From a virus (Duplodnaviria; Caudoviricetes), in the IMG/VR virus record IMGVR_UViG_3300049165_000082, positions 1 through 45,859 of that record: a stretch of DNA of 45,859 bases. One strand, written 5' to 3'. The notes under the pieces were generated by a model. That model was not told the DNA's origin, ran no database searches, and worked only from the letters and a program-made list of their open reading frames with translations. Shown here one piece after another: positions 19,824-27,591 of this stretch. The translations under genes and the position numbers were made by a program. The number at the start of each line of letters is the position of its first letter. Position 1 is the stretch's first letter.

Positions 19824-20738
19824 TTGAAGCTCGTCTCCAGATCACAGTGGGGCGCACGCGCCTACCGCACCCCGAACGGGGCCACCCCGTACAGCAGGGC
19901 CCGCCGAGGAGTGAAGCTCCACTACCTCGGCACCGCCTACAGCGACCGTCTGCACGACAAGTGCGACGACTACGTTCGCCAGATCCAGGCGCAGCACATG
20001 GACGGCAACGGCTGGTCCGACATCGGCTACTCCTTCGTCGTCTGCACCCACGGCTATGTGTACGAAGGCCGCGGCCTGCGCCGCCGCAACTCGGCGAACG
20101 GCAACACTGCGCTCAACGAGCAGGACTACGCGGTGCTCCTCATGGTCGGCTCCTCCGGCCTCACCAAGCCCACCGACGCCCAGCTCAACGGCGCCCGCGA
20201 TGCCATCGACTACTGCCGCAAGGAGGGCCCGGCCGGGACGTGGCTCGGCGGCCACCGCGACGGCTACGCCACCAGCTGCCCAGGCGACCCCATCTACGTG
20301 TGGGCCAAGGCCGGCGCGCCCCGACCCACCGCACCGCAGGAGGACGACATGCCCACCGCTGCCGAGATCGCCGATGCGGTCGTCAGCAAACTGCTCGCGG
20401 GGGGAGGCGTCCTCGAGAACAGCGACCTGCATCACATCTGGTACGCCGACAAGATCCCCGCCGCCCGGCCGCCGTACAACAACCCCGATTACTACGGGCC
20501 GGACGGGAAGACCGTCGCGAACGACACGTGGACCGCCAAGTACGCCGTGCAGACCACCGTTGAGGGCGTGCGTGAAACCCTCGCCCGCGTCAAGAACCTC
20601 GAAGGGGCCGTCGGCACGGTCGACATCACCGACCAGCAGATCGCCGCCCTCGCCTCCGCCGTGGTCTCCAGCCCGGCGTTCGCCGAGGAGATCGCCGAAC
20701 GGGTCGCCGTCAAGCTCGCCGAGAGGCTCGCCGAGTGA
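19824..20738 (+). CDS. Endolysin, N-acetylmuramoyl-L-alanine amidase (Amidase_2/PGRP-like)
   Basis: SRSQWGAR, LHY, HMDGNGWSDIGYSF, YEGRG, GHRD..ATSCPG. Confidence 0.93.
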   Translation: MKLVSRSQWGARAYRTPNGATPYSRARRGVKLHYLGTAYSDRLHDKCDDYVRQIQAQHMDGNGWSDIGYSFVVCTHGYVYEGRGLRRRNSANGNTALNEQDYAVLLMVGSSGLTKPTDAQLNGARDAIDYCRKEGPAGTWLGGHRDGYATSCPGDPIYVWAKAGAPRPTAPQEDDMPTAAEIADAVVSKLLAGGGVLENSDLHHIWYADKIPAARPPYNNPDYYGPDGKTVANDTWTAKYAVQTTVEGVRETLARVKNLEGAVGTVDITDQQIAALASAVVSSPAFAEEIAERVAVKLAERLAE

Positions 20739-20828
20739 TCCTCAACCCCTACCGCGAGGTGCGCAACGCCTCCGGGACCGTCATCGGCTGCCGCTCACTC
20801 GCGCAGCCCGTCTGAAACGAGAACCCTC

Positions 20829-21200
20829 ATGAAGATCTTCGGCCGCGAGCCGGTGACGATCCTCGCGTTCATCGCCGTCGCCCTCAAGCTCAGCTCCGCC
20901 TACGGACTCGACGTGTCCGCCGAACTGCAGGCCGCCATCATGGTGTTCCTGTCCTGCGTCGTCGCGGTCGCCGAGGCGTTCATCCTGAAGACTGGCGCCG
21001 CGTTCGCCGCCCTCGTCAACCTCGGCCACGCCGCGATCGCCCTGTACCTGGCGTTCGGCCTGAACATGAGCGCCGAGCAGCAGGCCAACTGGATGCTCGC
21101 CATCGAGGGCCTCGTCGCTCTGTTCATCGTGCGCCCGCAGGTGACCGCACCCATCGCCGCGCTGCGCCTCGAACAGTCGAGTCTGGTCAAGGCGGCCTGA
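20829..21200 (+). CDS. Holin
   Basis: MKIFGREP start, about 4 hydrophobic segments, RPQVT motif; next to the endolysin. Confidence 0.8.
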   Translation: MKIFGREPVTILAFIAVALKLSSAYGLDVSAELQAAIMVFLSCVVAVAEAFILKTGAAFAALVNLGHAAIALYLAFGLNMSAEQQANWMLAIEGLVALFIVRPQVTAPIAALRLEQSSLVKAA

Positions 21201-21641
21201 GTGCCCTGCCGTGCGGCCCGGCGGCTGTACAAGGCACTGGGCCGCCGCGGCGTCTTCCTCGCGATCCTCGGCGTCGGCAAAACCTGCTGGGGCGTGTCGT
21301 TCCTCGTCAACCCGCCCGGCGACGAGGGCCTGGAACTCCTCACCCGGTATTGCGAACTGCGGCATTGGTCGTGGCTGTGGATCATGTGCGGCCTCGTCAC
21401 CCTCGGGTCCGCATTCGTCAAGATCGGCCGGGACCGGTTCGGGTTCCTGGCCGCCCTCATTCCCCCCACCGTGTGGGCCGCCGCCTACACGTTCGCCGTC
21501 ATCACCGGCGACTACTCCCGCGGCGGCTTCGTCGCAGTCTGGTACCTGACGAGTCACGTCGGGGTGATCCTGTGGGCGAGCGCGGTTCCCGAATACTCGG
21601 TCCCCCCGCCCGTGCGCGCCCGGAGAGGCAAGGCCGCATGA
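21201..21641 (+). CDS. Membrane protein of the lysis cassette
   Basis: LGRRG then about 4 hydrophobic segments. Confidence 0.7.
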   Translation: MPCRAARRLYKALGRRGVFLAILGVGKTCWGVSFLVNPPGDEGLELLTRYCELRHWSWLWIMCGLVTLGSAFVKIGRDRFGFLAALIPPTVWAAAYTFAVITGDYSRGGFVAVWYLTSHVGVILWASAVPEYSVPPPVRARRGKAA

Positions 21642-22000
21642 ACGTGGGCGAGTGGGCAGCCATCATCGGCGCCGCCGGCAGCGTCCTCGGAGGGGGCGGA
21701 TGGTTCGTCTCCCGCGCCACCGTAAGGGCCGCGCAGGCAACAGCCCGCGCCAACGAGGCGGTGGCCGCGATCCAGGCCGCCCCGCAGGCCCGCGCGCAAG
21801 AGTTCGCTGTGCTGGAAGCGACGGTGAAGCGGGTTGATGAAGAGAACGGCTCACTCAGGGGCCGCATGGTCCGGCTGGAGTCGATCGTGCGGGCGTTCGC
21901 GTGGACCACGGACCGGTGGGCCCGCCAGATGCACCGGGCCGGCATCGAACCGGAGCCCGCGCACCCGCTGGTGGATGAGTACAACCGAACTGGAGTGTGA
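21638..22000 (+). CDS. Membrane-anchored coiled-coil lysis-associated protein
   Basis: N-terminal hydrophobic segment plus coiled coil; ATGA overlap. Confidence 0.7.
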   Translation: MNVGEWAAIIGAAGSVLGGGGWFVSRATVRAAQATARANEAVAAIQAAPQARAQEFAVLEATVKRVDEENGSLRGRMVRLESIVRAFAWTTDRWARQMHRAGIEPEPAHPLVDEYNRTGV

Positions 22001-22003
22001 CCC

Positions 22004-22306
22004 ATGCCGGATCCGATCCCGCTCCGGCCGCGCCGGGATGACACGGCGGCTGATGTGCGCTCGCTGGTGCGGCTCGGCCGGGAGACACCGCCGCCGGTTC
22101 CAGCCTCGACCGCCCCGGCATCCGGGGCGCCGGCCGATGACGGGGACGCGGCCATCCTTCAGGCGGCCCTCGCGGATGCGGGCATCACCGCCACCGCCGA
22201 CGACCAGGCCGCTGTGGCCGCGCTCGCTGGGCTCGATACCGCGACCGTTCAGGCCGTGGCCCGGTGGATGAAGAAGAGGCCGGACACGCCGAAGCTGACG
22301 AAGTAG
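22004..22306 (+). CDS. Hypothetical protein
   Basis: GGAG RBS, GC3-rich codons. Confidence 0.6.
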   Translation: MPDPIPLRPRRDDTAADVRSLVRLGRETPPPVPASTAPASGAPADDGDAAILQAALADAGITATADDQAAVAALAGLDTATVQAVARWMKKRPDTPKLTK

Positions 22307-22314
22307 GAGCCGCC

Positions 22315-22416
22315 ATGCCCCCAGCGATCGAGGACGATCCCGGCACGCCGCTGTACCTGTCGCGCTGGCCATTCCGCGAACCGCCACCCATGCCGCCCGC
22401 CGACGAACCCGCGTGA
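22315..22416 (+). CDS. Small Pro-rich peptide (33 aa)
   Basis: AGGAG RBS; MPPAIEDDPGTPLYLSRWPFREPPPMPPADEPA; below the ORF-track cutoff. Confidence 0.5.
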   Translation: MPPAIEDDPGTPLYLSRWPFREPPPMPPADEPA

Positions 22417-22422
22417 ACGACC

Positions 22423-22460
22423 GCGCCCCGCCCTCCTGCCTCGGCAGGGGAGCGGGGCGC
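22423..22460. terminator. Terminator at the end of the late operon
   Basis: gcgccccgccctcctgcc-tc-ggcaggggagcggggcgc hairpin. Confidence 0.75.
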
Positions 22461-22513
22461 TTCGTCGTGTCTAGGACTGCGTGTCCTTGCGGCCTTCGTC
22501 TCGGTAGTGGGGC

Positions 22514-22687
22514 ATGAGGGCAGAAGAACGACGACGGATTCTCGGCGACGACGTCATCGCGCACATCCGCGCGCGGGTAGCTGAAGCACCTGAGCCACCA
22601 CAGGAGGTGATCGGGGAGCTGCGGCGCATCCTGGCACCCGCAACGCGGACCTCGGTACGCCCGGTTGAGCCCCACGACCCTCGATAA
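22514..22687 (+). CDS. Small hypothetical protein (57 aa)
   Basis: MRAEERRRILGDDVIAHIRARVAEAPEPPQEVIGELRRILAP...; read manually. Confidence 0.5.
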   Translation: MRAEERRRILGDDVIAHIRARVAEAPEPPQEVIGELRRILAPATRTSVRPVEPHDPR

Positions 22688-22703
22688 CATGCCATATCGC
22701 GGG
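22678..22703. promoter_or_regulatory. Candidate recombination (lox-like) site for the Cre-like recombinase
   Basis: CCCTCGATAA-CATGCC-ATATCGCGGG: imperfect inverted arms with a 6-bp asymmetric spacer, over the promoter of the recombinase operon. Confidence 0.5.
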
Positions 22704-22714
22704 CGAAAAAACGG

Positions 22715-22720
22715 TACAAT
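22715..22720 (+). promoter_or_regulatory. -10 element (TACAAT), leaderless promoter
   Basis: TACAAT-cgggc-ATG(22726), no Shine-Dalgarno. Confidence 0.75.
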
Positions 22721-22725
22721 CGGGC

Positions 22726-23121
22726 ATGCCTGAAAACCTGTTGATGTTCATGCGTGCACGGCTAGATGAGGACGAGGCGGCGGCCAAGGCCGTTGGCTAC
22801 GCGCGCATCCAGACCGGCGAGTACCTGTGGGGCTCGAAGTACCTGCTCCTCCAAGACGGCAAGGGTGGCGAGTCGAAGGCCACCACGGAGTTCGACGGAG
22901 ACCTTGCCGAGCACATCGCCCGCCATGATCCGGCCCGCGCCCTCGCCGATGTCCAAGCCAAGCGGCAGATCGTGGATCTGATGGCGGGCATGCTGTCCGC
23001 AGCGCGCGGCGACTCGGAGGTCGACCACTACGGCGGCCTCGGTGCGGCGGAGGACACCCTCTCACTGCTCGCGCTCCCCTACGCCGACCACCCCGACTAC
23101 CGGCAGGAGTGGAAGCCGTGA
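22726..23121 (+). CDS. DUF6221-like protein
   Basis: FMRARLDEDE...HIARHDPARALADVQAKR...LLALPYADHPDYRQEWKP. Confidence 0.8.
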   Translation: MPENLLMFMRARLDEDEAAAKAVGYARIQTGEYLWGSKYLLLQDGKGGESKATTEFDGDLAEHIARHDPARALADVQAKRQIVDLMAGMLSAARGDSEVDHYGGLGAAEDTLSLLALPYADHPDYRQEWKP

Positions 23122-23348
23122 GTAGCGCCGACGATGAGGCCACAGCCCACCTGCTCATCATGTCGGCACTGCATGCCGGTGCCGCGAGGGGCGACGTCGA
23201 TGCAGCGAACACCCTGCTCCGCTTCTGGGACGAGCAGGGCCACCTTGAAGGCGCGATGTACGGGGTCGTGATGCAGTACGCCCTGGAGCACGCTTCACCC
23301 GAAGACCGGGCAGCGCTCAGTCGTTGGATCGAGGCGGTGACGCAATGA
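23118..23348 (+). CDS. Hypothetical protein
   Basis: GTGA overlap with the upstream gene; overlaps the start of the recombinase. Confidence 0.55.
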   Translation: MSSADDEATAHLLIMSALHAGAARGDVDAANTLLRFWDEQGHLEGAMYGVVMQYALEHASPEDRAALSRWIEAVTQ

Positions 23349-24367
23349 GCGATGCCGACCTCGCCCCGCGCCAGCCGGACGCCACCCCCGGCGTCTACGA
23401 CGCTGCGACGCTCGCCGTCCTGGCCGCCATGGAGAAGGCGGCCGACGAACACCTCGACCGGATCATCCCCGACAACACCAAACGCGGATACGCCAACGAC
23501 TGGGCTCTGTGGGAGGAGTTCCACGACTGGCTCGCCGAACGGACTGGCCACCGCATGCCGTCGACCGCGGTGAGCAGAGGCAACCTCGTCGGGTTCGTTG
23601 TCTGGCTCGACACGATCAAGCTCGCGGCCCCCACATCGATCGACCGGCGGATCACCGGCGTCACCGTCACCGCGCGAGGGCTCGGCGTTGAAGTCGCGAA
23701 AGCCGCCACCGTCGCCGCCCGGCAAGCCCTCAAGCCGCTCAAGCACGACCCCGAACGCATGGCACGCGGGCGGGGCAAAGCCGCCGCCGTCACCCCCGAA
23801 CAACTCCGACAGATGAACGCCGCCGTCGCCGACGGACTCACCGGACTCCGCGACCGCGCCCTCTGGCTCATGGCCTTCGCCATCGCCGGACGCTCCGCCG
23901 AAGTCGCAGCCCTCCGCGCCGAGGCGATCGTCCACGTCAGCCAAGGCCTGGAGGTCCACGTGCCTGCGGTGAAGGGTCGCCCGCCCCGGGATGTCGTCGT
24001 CCACTACGGCAAGAACCCCGACACCTGCCCCGTCCGCGCCTGGCTCACCTGGCGCGCCGCCGCAGGCATCACCACCGGACCCGCCTTCCTACCCATCACC
24101 GTCCACGGCCGCCTCGGCGACCGCGCCCTCTCCCCAGAAGCCGTCCGCGAAATCATCGCCCGCAACGCCGAACGCGCCGGACTCTCCGTCCGCCTCACCG
24201 GCCACAGCATGCGGGCAGGGTTCATCACCACCTCTCGACGCGCAGGCAAGCGAGAGGAGAAGATCCGGGAGCAGTCCGGGCATGCCGCCAACAGTCCGGC
24301 CTTTTGGGGGTACATTCGCGAAGCCGACAAGTGGGCAGACGCCGCATCCGAAGACATCGGGCTCTGA
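23345..24367 (+). CDS. Cre-like tyrosine recombinase (second recombinase, resolvase-type)
   Basis: NTKRGYANDW SAM-like domain; GLRDRALW..AGRSAEV (R), K, CPVRA, TGHSMRAG (HxxR), QSGH, GY. Confidence 0.88.
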   Translation: MSDADLAPRQPDATPGVYDAATLAVLAAMEKAADEHLDRIIPDNTKRGYANDWALWEEFHDWLAERTGHRMPSTAVSRGNLVGFVVWLDTIKLAAPTSIDRRITGVTVTARGLGVEVAKAATVAARQALKPLKHDPERMARGRGKAAAVTPEQLRQMNAAVADGLTGLRDRALWLMAFAIAGRSAEVAALRAEAIVHVSQGLEVHVPAVKGRPPRDVVVHYGKNPDTCPVRAWLTWRAAAGITTGPAFLPITVHGRLGDRALSPEAVREIIARNAERAGLSVRLTGHSMRAGFITTSRRAGKREEKIREQSGHAANSPAFWGYIREADKWADAASEDIGL

Positions 24368-24390
24368 CCCAGCACAACGTGGAGATCGCT

Positions 24391-24960
24391 ATGGCAATGC
24401 AACTGGCGGACGGCGTCACGCTGGAGGGCTACGTCCCCTCGGAGGAGGGGGACGTCGCCAGCCTCAGAGAGATGTACACCAGCTACCTCCTTGAGGAGTA
24501 CGAGCGGATCGGCGAGCTTTCCTTCGGCAGCCCAGTCGCTGGCTACCTTGTCACCTCCTTGATCCGTCGCGCTGGCGAGACGGTCGGGTTCGTATCGCTG
24601 GACCACGGCCGGCGCTCCGTCGAGCTCATCTACGTCAAGCCCGAGCATCGAGGTCAGGGGCTAGCCAAGATGGTCCTGGCAGAGCTAGACCGAATCTGCC
24701 CCCAGAAGCTCGCCTTGAAGACGCCCCTGTCGCCGGGCGGTGAGGCGTTGGCTACAGCGCTAGGGCTTGAGCGAGCGGACAACTTCCCCGACGAGGCCGC
24801 CAAGAACGAAGAAGCGCTCCGCATCATCCGCGCGGGTATCGAGAGAACCTGCCGGCACAAGGGCAAGGGAAGAAGCGGCAACCCTAGCAAGCTGTGTAGG
24901 CGCTGCTACCAGGCCGCTCTGCGGAAGTACGCCAACGCCGTGATCGACAAGTTCCGCTGA
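24391..24960 (+). CDS. GNAT-family acetyltransferase with C-terminal C-x-H...CxxC motif
   Basis: Acetyl-CoA motif A IYVKPEHRGQGLA; GGAG RBS; atypical codons (several CTA). Confidence 0.75.
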   Translation: MAMQLADGVTLEGYVPSEEGDVASLREMYTSYLLEEYERIGELSFGSPVAGYLVTSLIRRAGETVGFVSLDHGRRSVELIYVKPEHRGQGLAKMVLAELDRICPQKLALKTPLSPGGEALATALGLERADNFPDEAAKNEEALRIIRAGIERTCRHKGKGRSGNPSKLCRRCYQAALRKYANAVIDKFR

Positions 24961-24984
24961 CCCTTCTCCGTGTCACACTGGCCG

Positions 24985-25022
24985 CAGCGCCCGCCGAGCA
25001 TCCCCCGTCTCGGCGGGCGCTG
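24985..25022. terminator. 14-bp hairpin with CATCCCCCGT loop
   Basis: cagcgcccgccgag-catcccccgt-ctcggcgggcgctg. Confidence 0.7.
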
Positions 25023-25086
25023 TCGTGCGTGCCGGCGGTGTCGCTCGTAGGCTGGTGCTGCTCGGGGCCACACGCGGAGGTACCCC

Positions 25087-25995
25087 ATGCCCCGAACCGT
25101 CTGGTCAGGCGCCATCAGCTTCGGTCTCGTGACCGTGCCGATCAACGTGCAGTCCGCGACCGAAGATCACAGCGTGCGCTTCCACCAGTACCACCTGGAG
25201 GACATGGGCCGGGTACGGGTGCGCAAGTACTGCGAGGTCGAGGACCGCGAGGTCACCAGCAGCGAGATCGGCAAGGGCTACGAGTTGTCCAAGACGCAGG
25301 TCATCCCGATCTCAGACGACGAGCTCCGCGACCTACCCCTCCCCACGGCGAAAGCGATCGAGATCGCGGCGTTCGTCCCGCTCGACTCGGTTGACCCGAT
25401 CTGGATCGGCGAGGGCTACTACCTCCAGCCGTCCGGCCAGGTCGCGGCGAAGCCGTACAAGCTCCTCGCCATGGCCCTCGCCCGCTCCTCCAAGGTCGCC
25501 GTAGCCAAGTACGCGTGGTCCGGACGCGAGCGACTCGGCCTGCTCCGGGTGAAGGACGACGTGATCGTGCTGCACGCCATGCGCTGGCCCGACGAAATCC
25601 GCGACCCCACCGAGCTGCTGCCAGAACCGGTCGAGCTGTCGGACGACGAGATCGACGGGGCGCTCGCCCTCATGGACTCCATGACGCGCGAGGACCTCGA
25701 CGACCCGGAGTTCCGCGACACCTACACCGAAGCCCTGGAGCAGATCATCGAGGCCAAGCGGGAAGGTCAGGAGCCGCCCGCCATGCCGGAGCCCGAGCGG
25801 GAGACGGGCCAGATCGTCGACCTCATGGCCGCTCTGAACGAGTCGGTCGCCCAGGCGCGGGCGTCCCGCGGTGAGGACGCCGACGTGCACGAGATGCCCA
25901 AGAAGAAGACTGCGAAGAAGCAGCCGGCCAAGAAGGCCCCAGCGAAGAAGACCGCAGAGAAGACGGCACAGGGGCGCCGACCGCGCAGCGCCTAA
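25087..25995 (+). CDS. ku: Non-homologous end-joining protein Ku
   Basis: WSGAISFGLVTVP, IGKGYE, YYLQP, MRWPDEIR, VDLMAALNES; Lys/Ala-rich C-terminal tail. Confidence 0.95.
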   Translation: MPRTVWSGAISFGLVTVPINVQSATEDHSVRFHQYHLEDMGRVRVRKYCEVEDREVTSSEIGKGYELSKTQVIPISDDELRDLPLPTAKAIEIAAFVPLDSVDPIWIGEGYYLQPSGQVAAKPYKLLAMALARSSKVAVAKYAWSGRERLGLLRVKDDVIVLHAMRWPDEIRDPTELLPEPVELSDDEIDGALALMDSMTREDLDDPEFRDTYTEALEQIIEAKREGQEPPAMPEPERETGQIVDLMAALNESVAQARASRGEDADVHEMPKKKTAKKQPAKKAPAKKTAEKTAQGRRPRSA

Positions 25996-26003
25996 CGGTC
26001 AGG

Positions 26004-26048
26004 TCACCCCTCCAGAAAGCCGAGTTCCGCATCCGGCCGACACGCCCC
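26004..26048 (-). pseudogene. Orphan 3' end of a DUF6233-like gene
   Basis: Encodes GACRPDAELGFLEG*, versus GACRPDSELGLLEG* at the end of the 27592-27930 gene. Confidence 0.7.
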
Positions 26049-26261
26049 AGGGATAGAATCTCCTTGTCCTTGAGATTTGGGACGGGCCGGGCTCGGCTCT
26101 CCGTGGCACCGGAGTAGATCACCGAGCCCGGCCCACATACCGAGCCGCTCGGGGGTCTGCCCGCCCAGACGGTGCGCTGGCCTGATCAGCCAGCGCACCG
26201 TCTTCCGCCCCACTTCCGCATCCCCCGTCGGAGTGGGGCGGTCGTGCGTTTCCCTGCGCGT

Positions 26262-26283
26262 TGTCAGAGGCGCCTGCCATAGT
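26262..26283 (+). promoter_or_regulatory. RecA-NDp/PafBC-type DNA-damage promoter (one mismatch)
   Basis: TGTCAG-N10-CATAGT. Confidence 0.5.
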
Positions 26284-26377
26284 GGTTGGACCGTCGGGAG
26301 ACCGGCGTTGCTCCCCGCCGCTGCGGGGGTCGTCCGGCGCTTTGTTTCGGTAGCGAGTCGTACCCGCCGACGCGGGT

Positions 26378-26416
26378 GAGCCCCGGCCCTTGATGGGTCG
26401 GGGCTCTTCTTGTTTT
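26378..26416 (+). terminator. Intrinsic terminator
   Basis: gagccccggccc-ttgat-gggtcggggctc then ttcttgtttt. Confidence 0.8.
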
Positions 26417-26421
26417 CAGTA

Positions 26422-26474
26422 TTGACAACCATCCTGACACCCCCTAGGTTTTCAGTATCGAAAACCTAGGGGGT
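26422..26474 (+). promoter_or_regulatory. Housekeeping-sigma promoter with overlapping operator palindrome
   Basis: TTGACA-N17-TAGGTT; perfect 15-bp inverted repeat 26439-26474; direct repeat GTTTTCAGTAT at 26412 and 26448. Confidence 0.8.
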
Positions 26475-26477
26475 CTG

Positions 26478-26987
26478 ATGAACACTACCGCCGCAGCCAT
26501 CCAGGCCAACGTCACCGTCGACACCATCCGTACCTGGTGCCGCATCGGTGCCGTCGCCGCCATCAAGCAGGCCGGCCGGTGGGTCATCGACGCCGCCTCC
26601 CTCACCCACCGCATCGCCATCGGCACGCTGCGCCGCCGCAAAAAGCGCCCCGTGCAGCTCACCGCCGACACCCTGACCGCCATCGGTGGCAGCCGCTGGA
26701 CCAAGGCCGGCAAGGACCGCGTCTACATCAACGACTGGGCCGCATTCGCCGGCCTGGAGGTCGACCAGTACAAGTCCGGAAACATCTCCTGGGCTGCCTG
26801 GCACGGCGAAAAGATCTCCAACAGCCAGGCGTACAAGCTGCTCAGCTCAATCGACAAAGTCTGGTTCGACGTCGCCGACGGCAAGCTCCACTGCCGCTAC
26901 GGCCACAGCCAGTCCAACGTCGCCACCCCCGAAGAGGTCTGGGAAGCCGTCCTCTCCGGCATCCGTACCGCCATCGCCGCCCTCTGA
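26478..26987 (+). CDS. HTH (MerR/Xis-like) domain protein with unknown C-terminal domain
   Basis: VTVDTIRTWCRIGAVAAIKQAGRWVID. Confidence 0.75.
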   Translation: MNTTAAAIQANVTVDTIRTWCRIGAVAAIKQAGRWVIDAASLTHRIAIGTLRRRKKRPVQLTADTLTAIGGSRWTKAGKDRVYINDWAAFAGLEVDQYKSGNISWAAWHGEKISNSQAYKLLSSIDKVWFDVADGKLHCRYGHSQSNVATPEEVWEAVLSGIRTAIAAL

Positions 26988-27013
26988 CCCAACTCATCCA
27001 CGAGGAATCCACC

Positions 27014-27544
27014 ATGAACCGGATCACGATCTACGAGACCGACGAGTACAGCGGAGAGCGCGTCCGCATCGGCCACTTCGACCTCGACGCCGCCACCGTC
27101 GCCCTCAAGGAGGACGACCAGTGGGACGGCAACAACATGCGCGGCAAGGTCTCCGGCATGCAGATTAACCGCGCCTACCTCTACCGCACGGCGGGCGGAA
27201 GGTGGGTTGAGCACTCCGACCACAGCCCCGAGTTCAACGGCCCGAACATCTGGCGGTTCCTGAGCGACGACGAGGCCCGCGAATGGATGCTCAAGAGCGG
27301 CGACGCGGAAGCCGAGGAGGCGCTGGAGAAGTACTTCCCGGAGACGCCCGAGGAGGAGGGGCCTAATCCGAGGGGGGGACGGCCGGCCATCGGGCCTACC
27401 TTCCCCGTGGCCTTCCCGCGTGATCTGCTGACCCGTGTCGACGCCGCCGCGAAGAAGTCGGGGCTGAGCCGCTCCGCATGGCTGCGGCAGGTCGCCGCCG
27501 CCGCCGTGGGCGACGCAGAGGTTCGAGTGCCTGCCGAGCTGTAG
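27014..27544 (+). CDS. Protein with C-terminal ribbon-helix-helix (CopG-like) domain
   Basis: GAGG RBS; GGRPAIG...FPRDLLTRVDAAAKKSGLSRSAWLRQ. Confidence 0.8.
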   Translation: MNRITIYETDEYSGERVRIGHFDLDAATVALKEDDQWDGNNMRGKVSGMQINRAYLYRTAGGRWVEHSDHSPEFNGPNIWRFLSDDEAREWMLKSGDAEAEEALEKYFPETPEEEGPNPRGGRPAIGPTFPVAFPRDLLTRVDAAAKKSGLSRSAWLRQVAAAAVGDAEVRVPAEL

Positions 27545-27559
27545 GAACATCGCTCCGCT

Positions 27560-27585
27560 GAAGCCCCGCCGCCGTGCGGGGCTTC
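27560..27585. terminator. Bidirectional terminator
   Basis: gaagccccgc-cgccgt-gcggggcttc between convergent genes. Confidence 0.7.
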
Positions 27586-27591
27586 GGTGCA

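Larger units (their letters stand above)
26066..26416 (+). ncRNA. Putative structured non-coding RNA(s)
   Basis: TAGAAT at 26054-59, consecutive hairpins (26084-134, 26167-203, 26205-241, 26292-307, 26362-377), terminator 26378-416; no credible ORF. Confidence 0.55.

Noticed and set aside
25030-25053. DNA-damage promoter upstream of ku
   Set aside because: TAGGCT is present, but TGTCRG is not at the required 10-bp spacing.
26066-26416. tRNA or tmRNA
   Set aside because: No TTC T-loop, acceptor stem or CCA end recognisable.
26004-26432. 142-aa minus ORF and 100-aa plus ORF across the hairpin block
   Set aside because: No RBS or codon bias; only the last 14 codons are meaningful, as a DUF6233 remnant.
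26439-26474. Protelomerase (telRL) site of a linear-plasmid prophage
   Set aside because: The palindrome has an asymmetric 6-bp centre, overlaps a promoter, and no protelomerase is recognisable.
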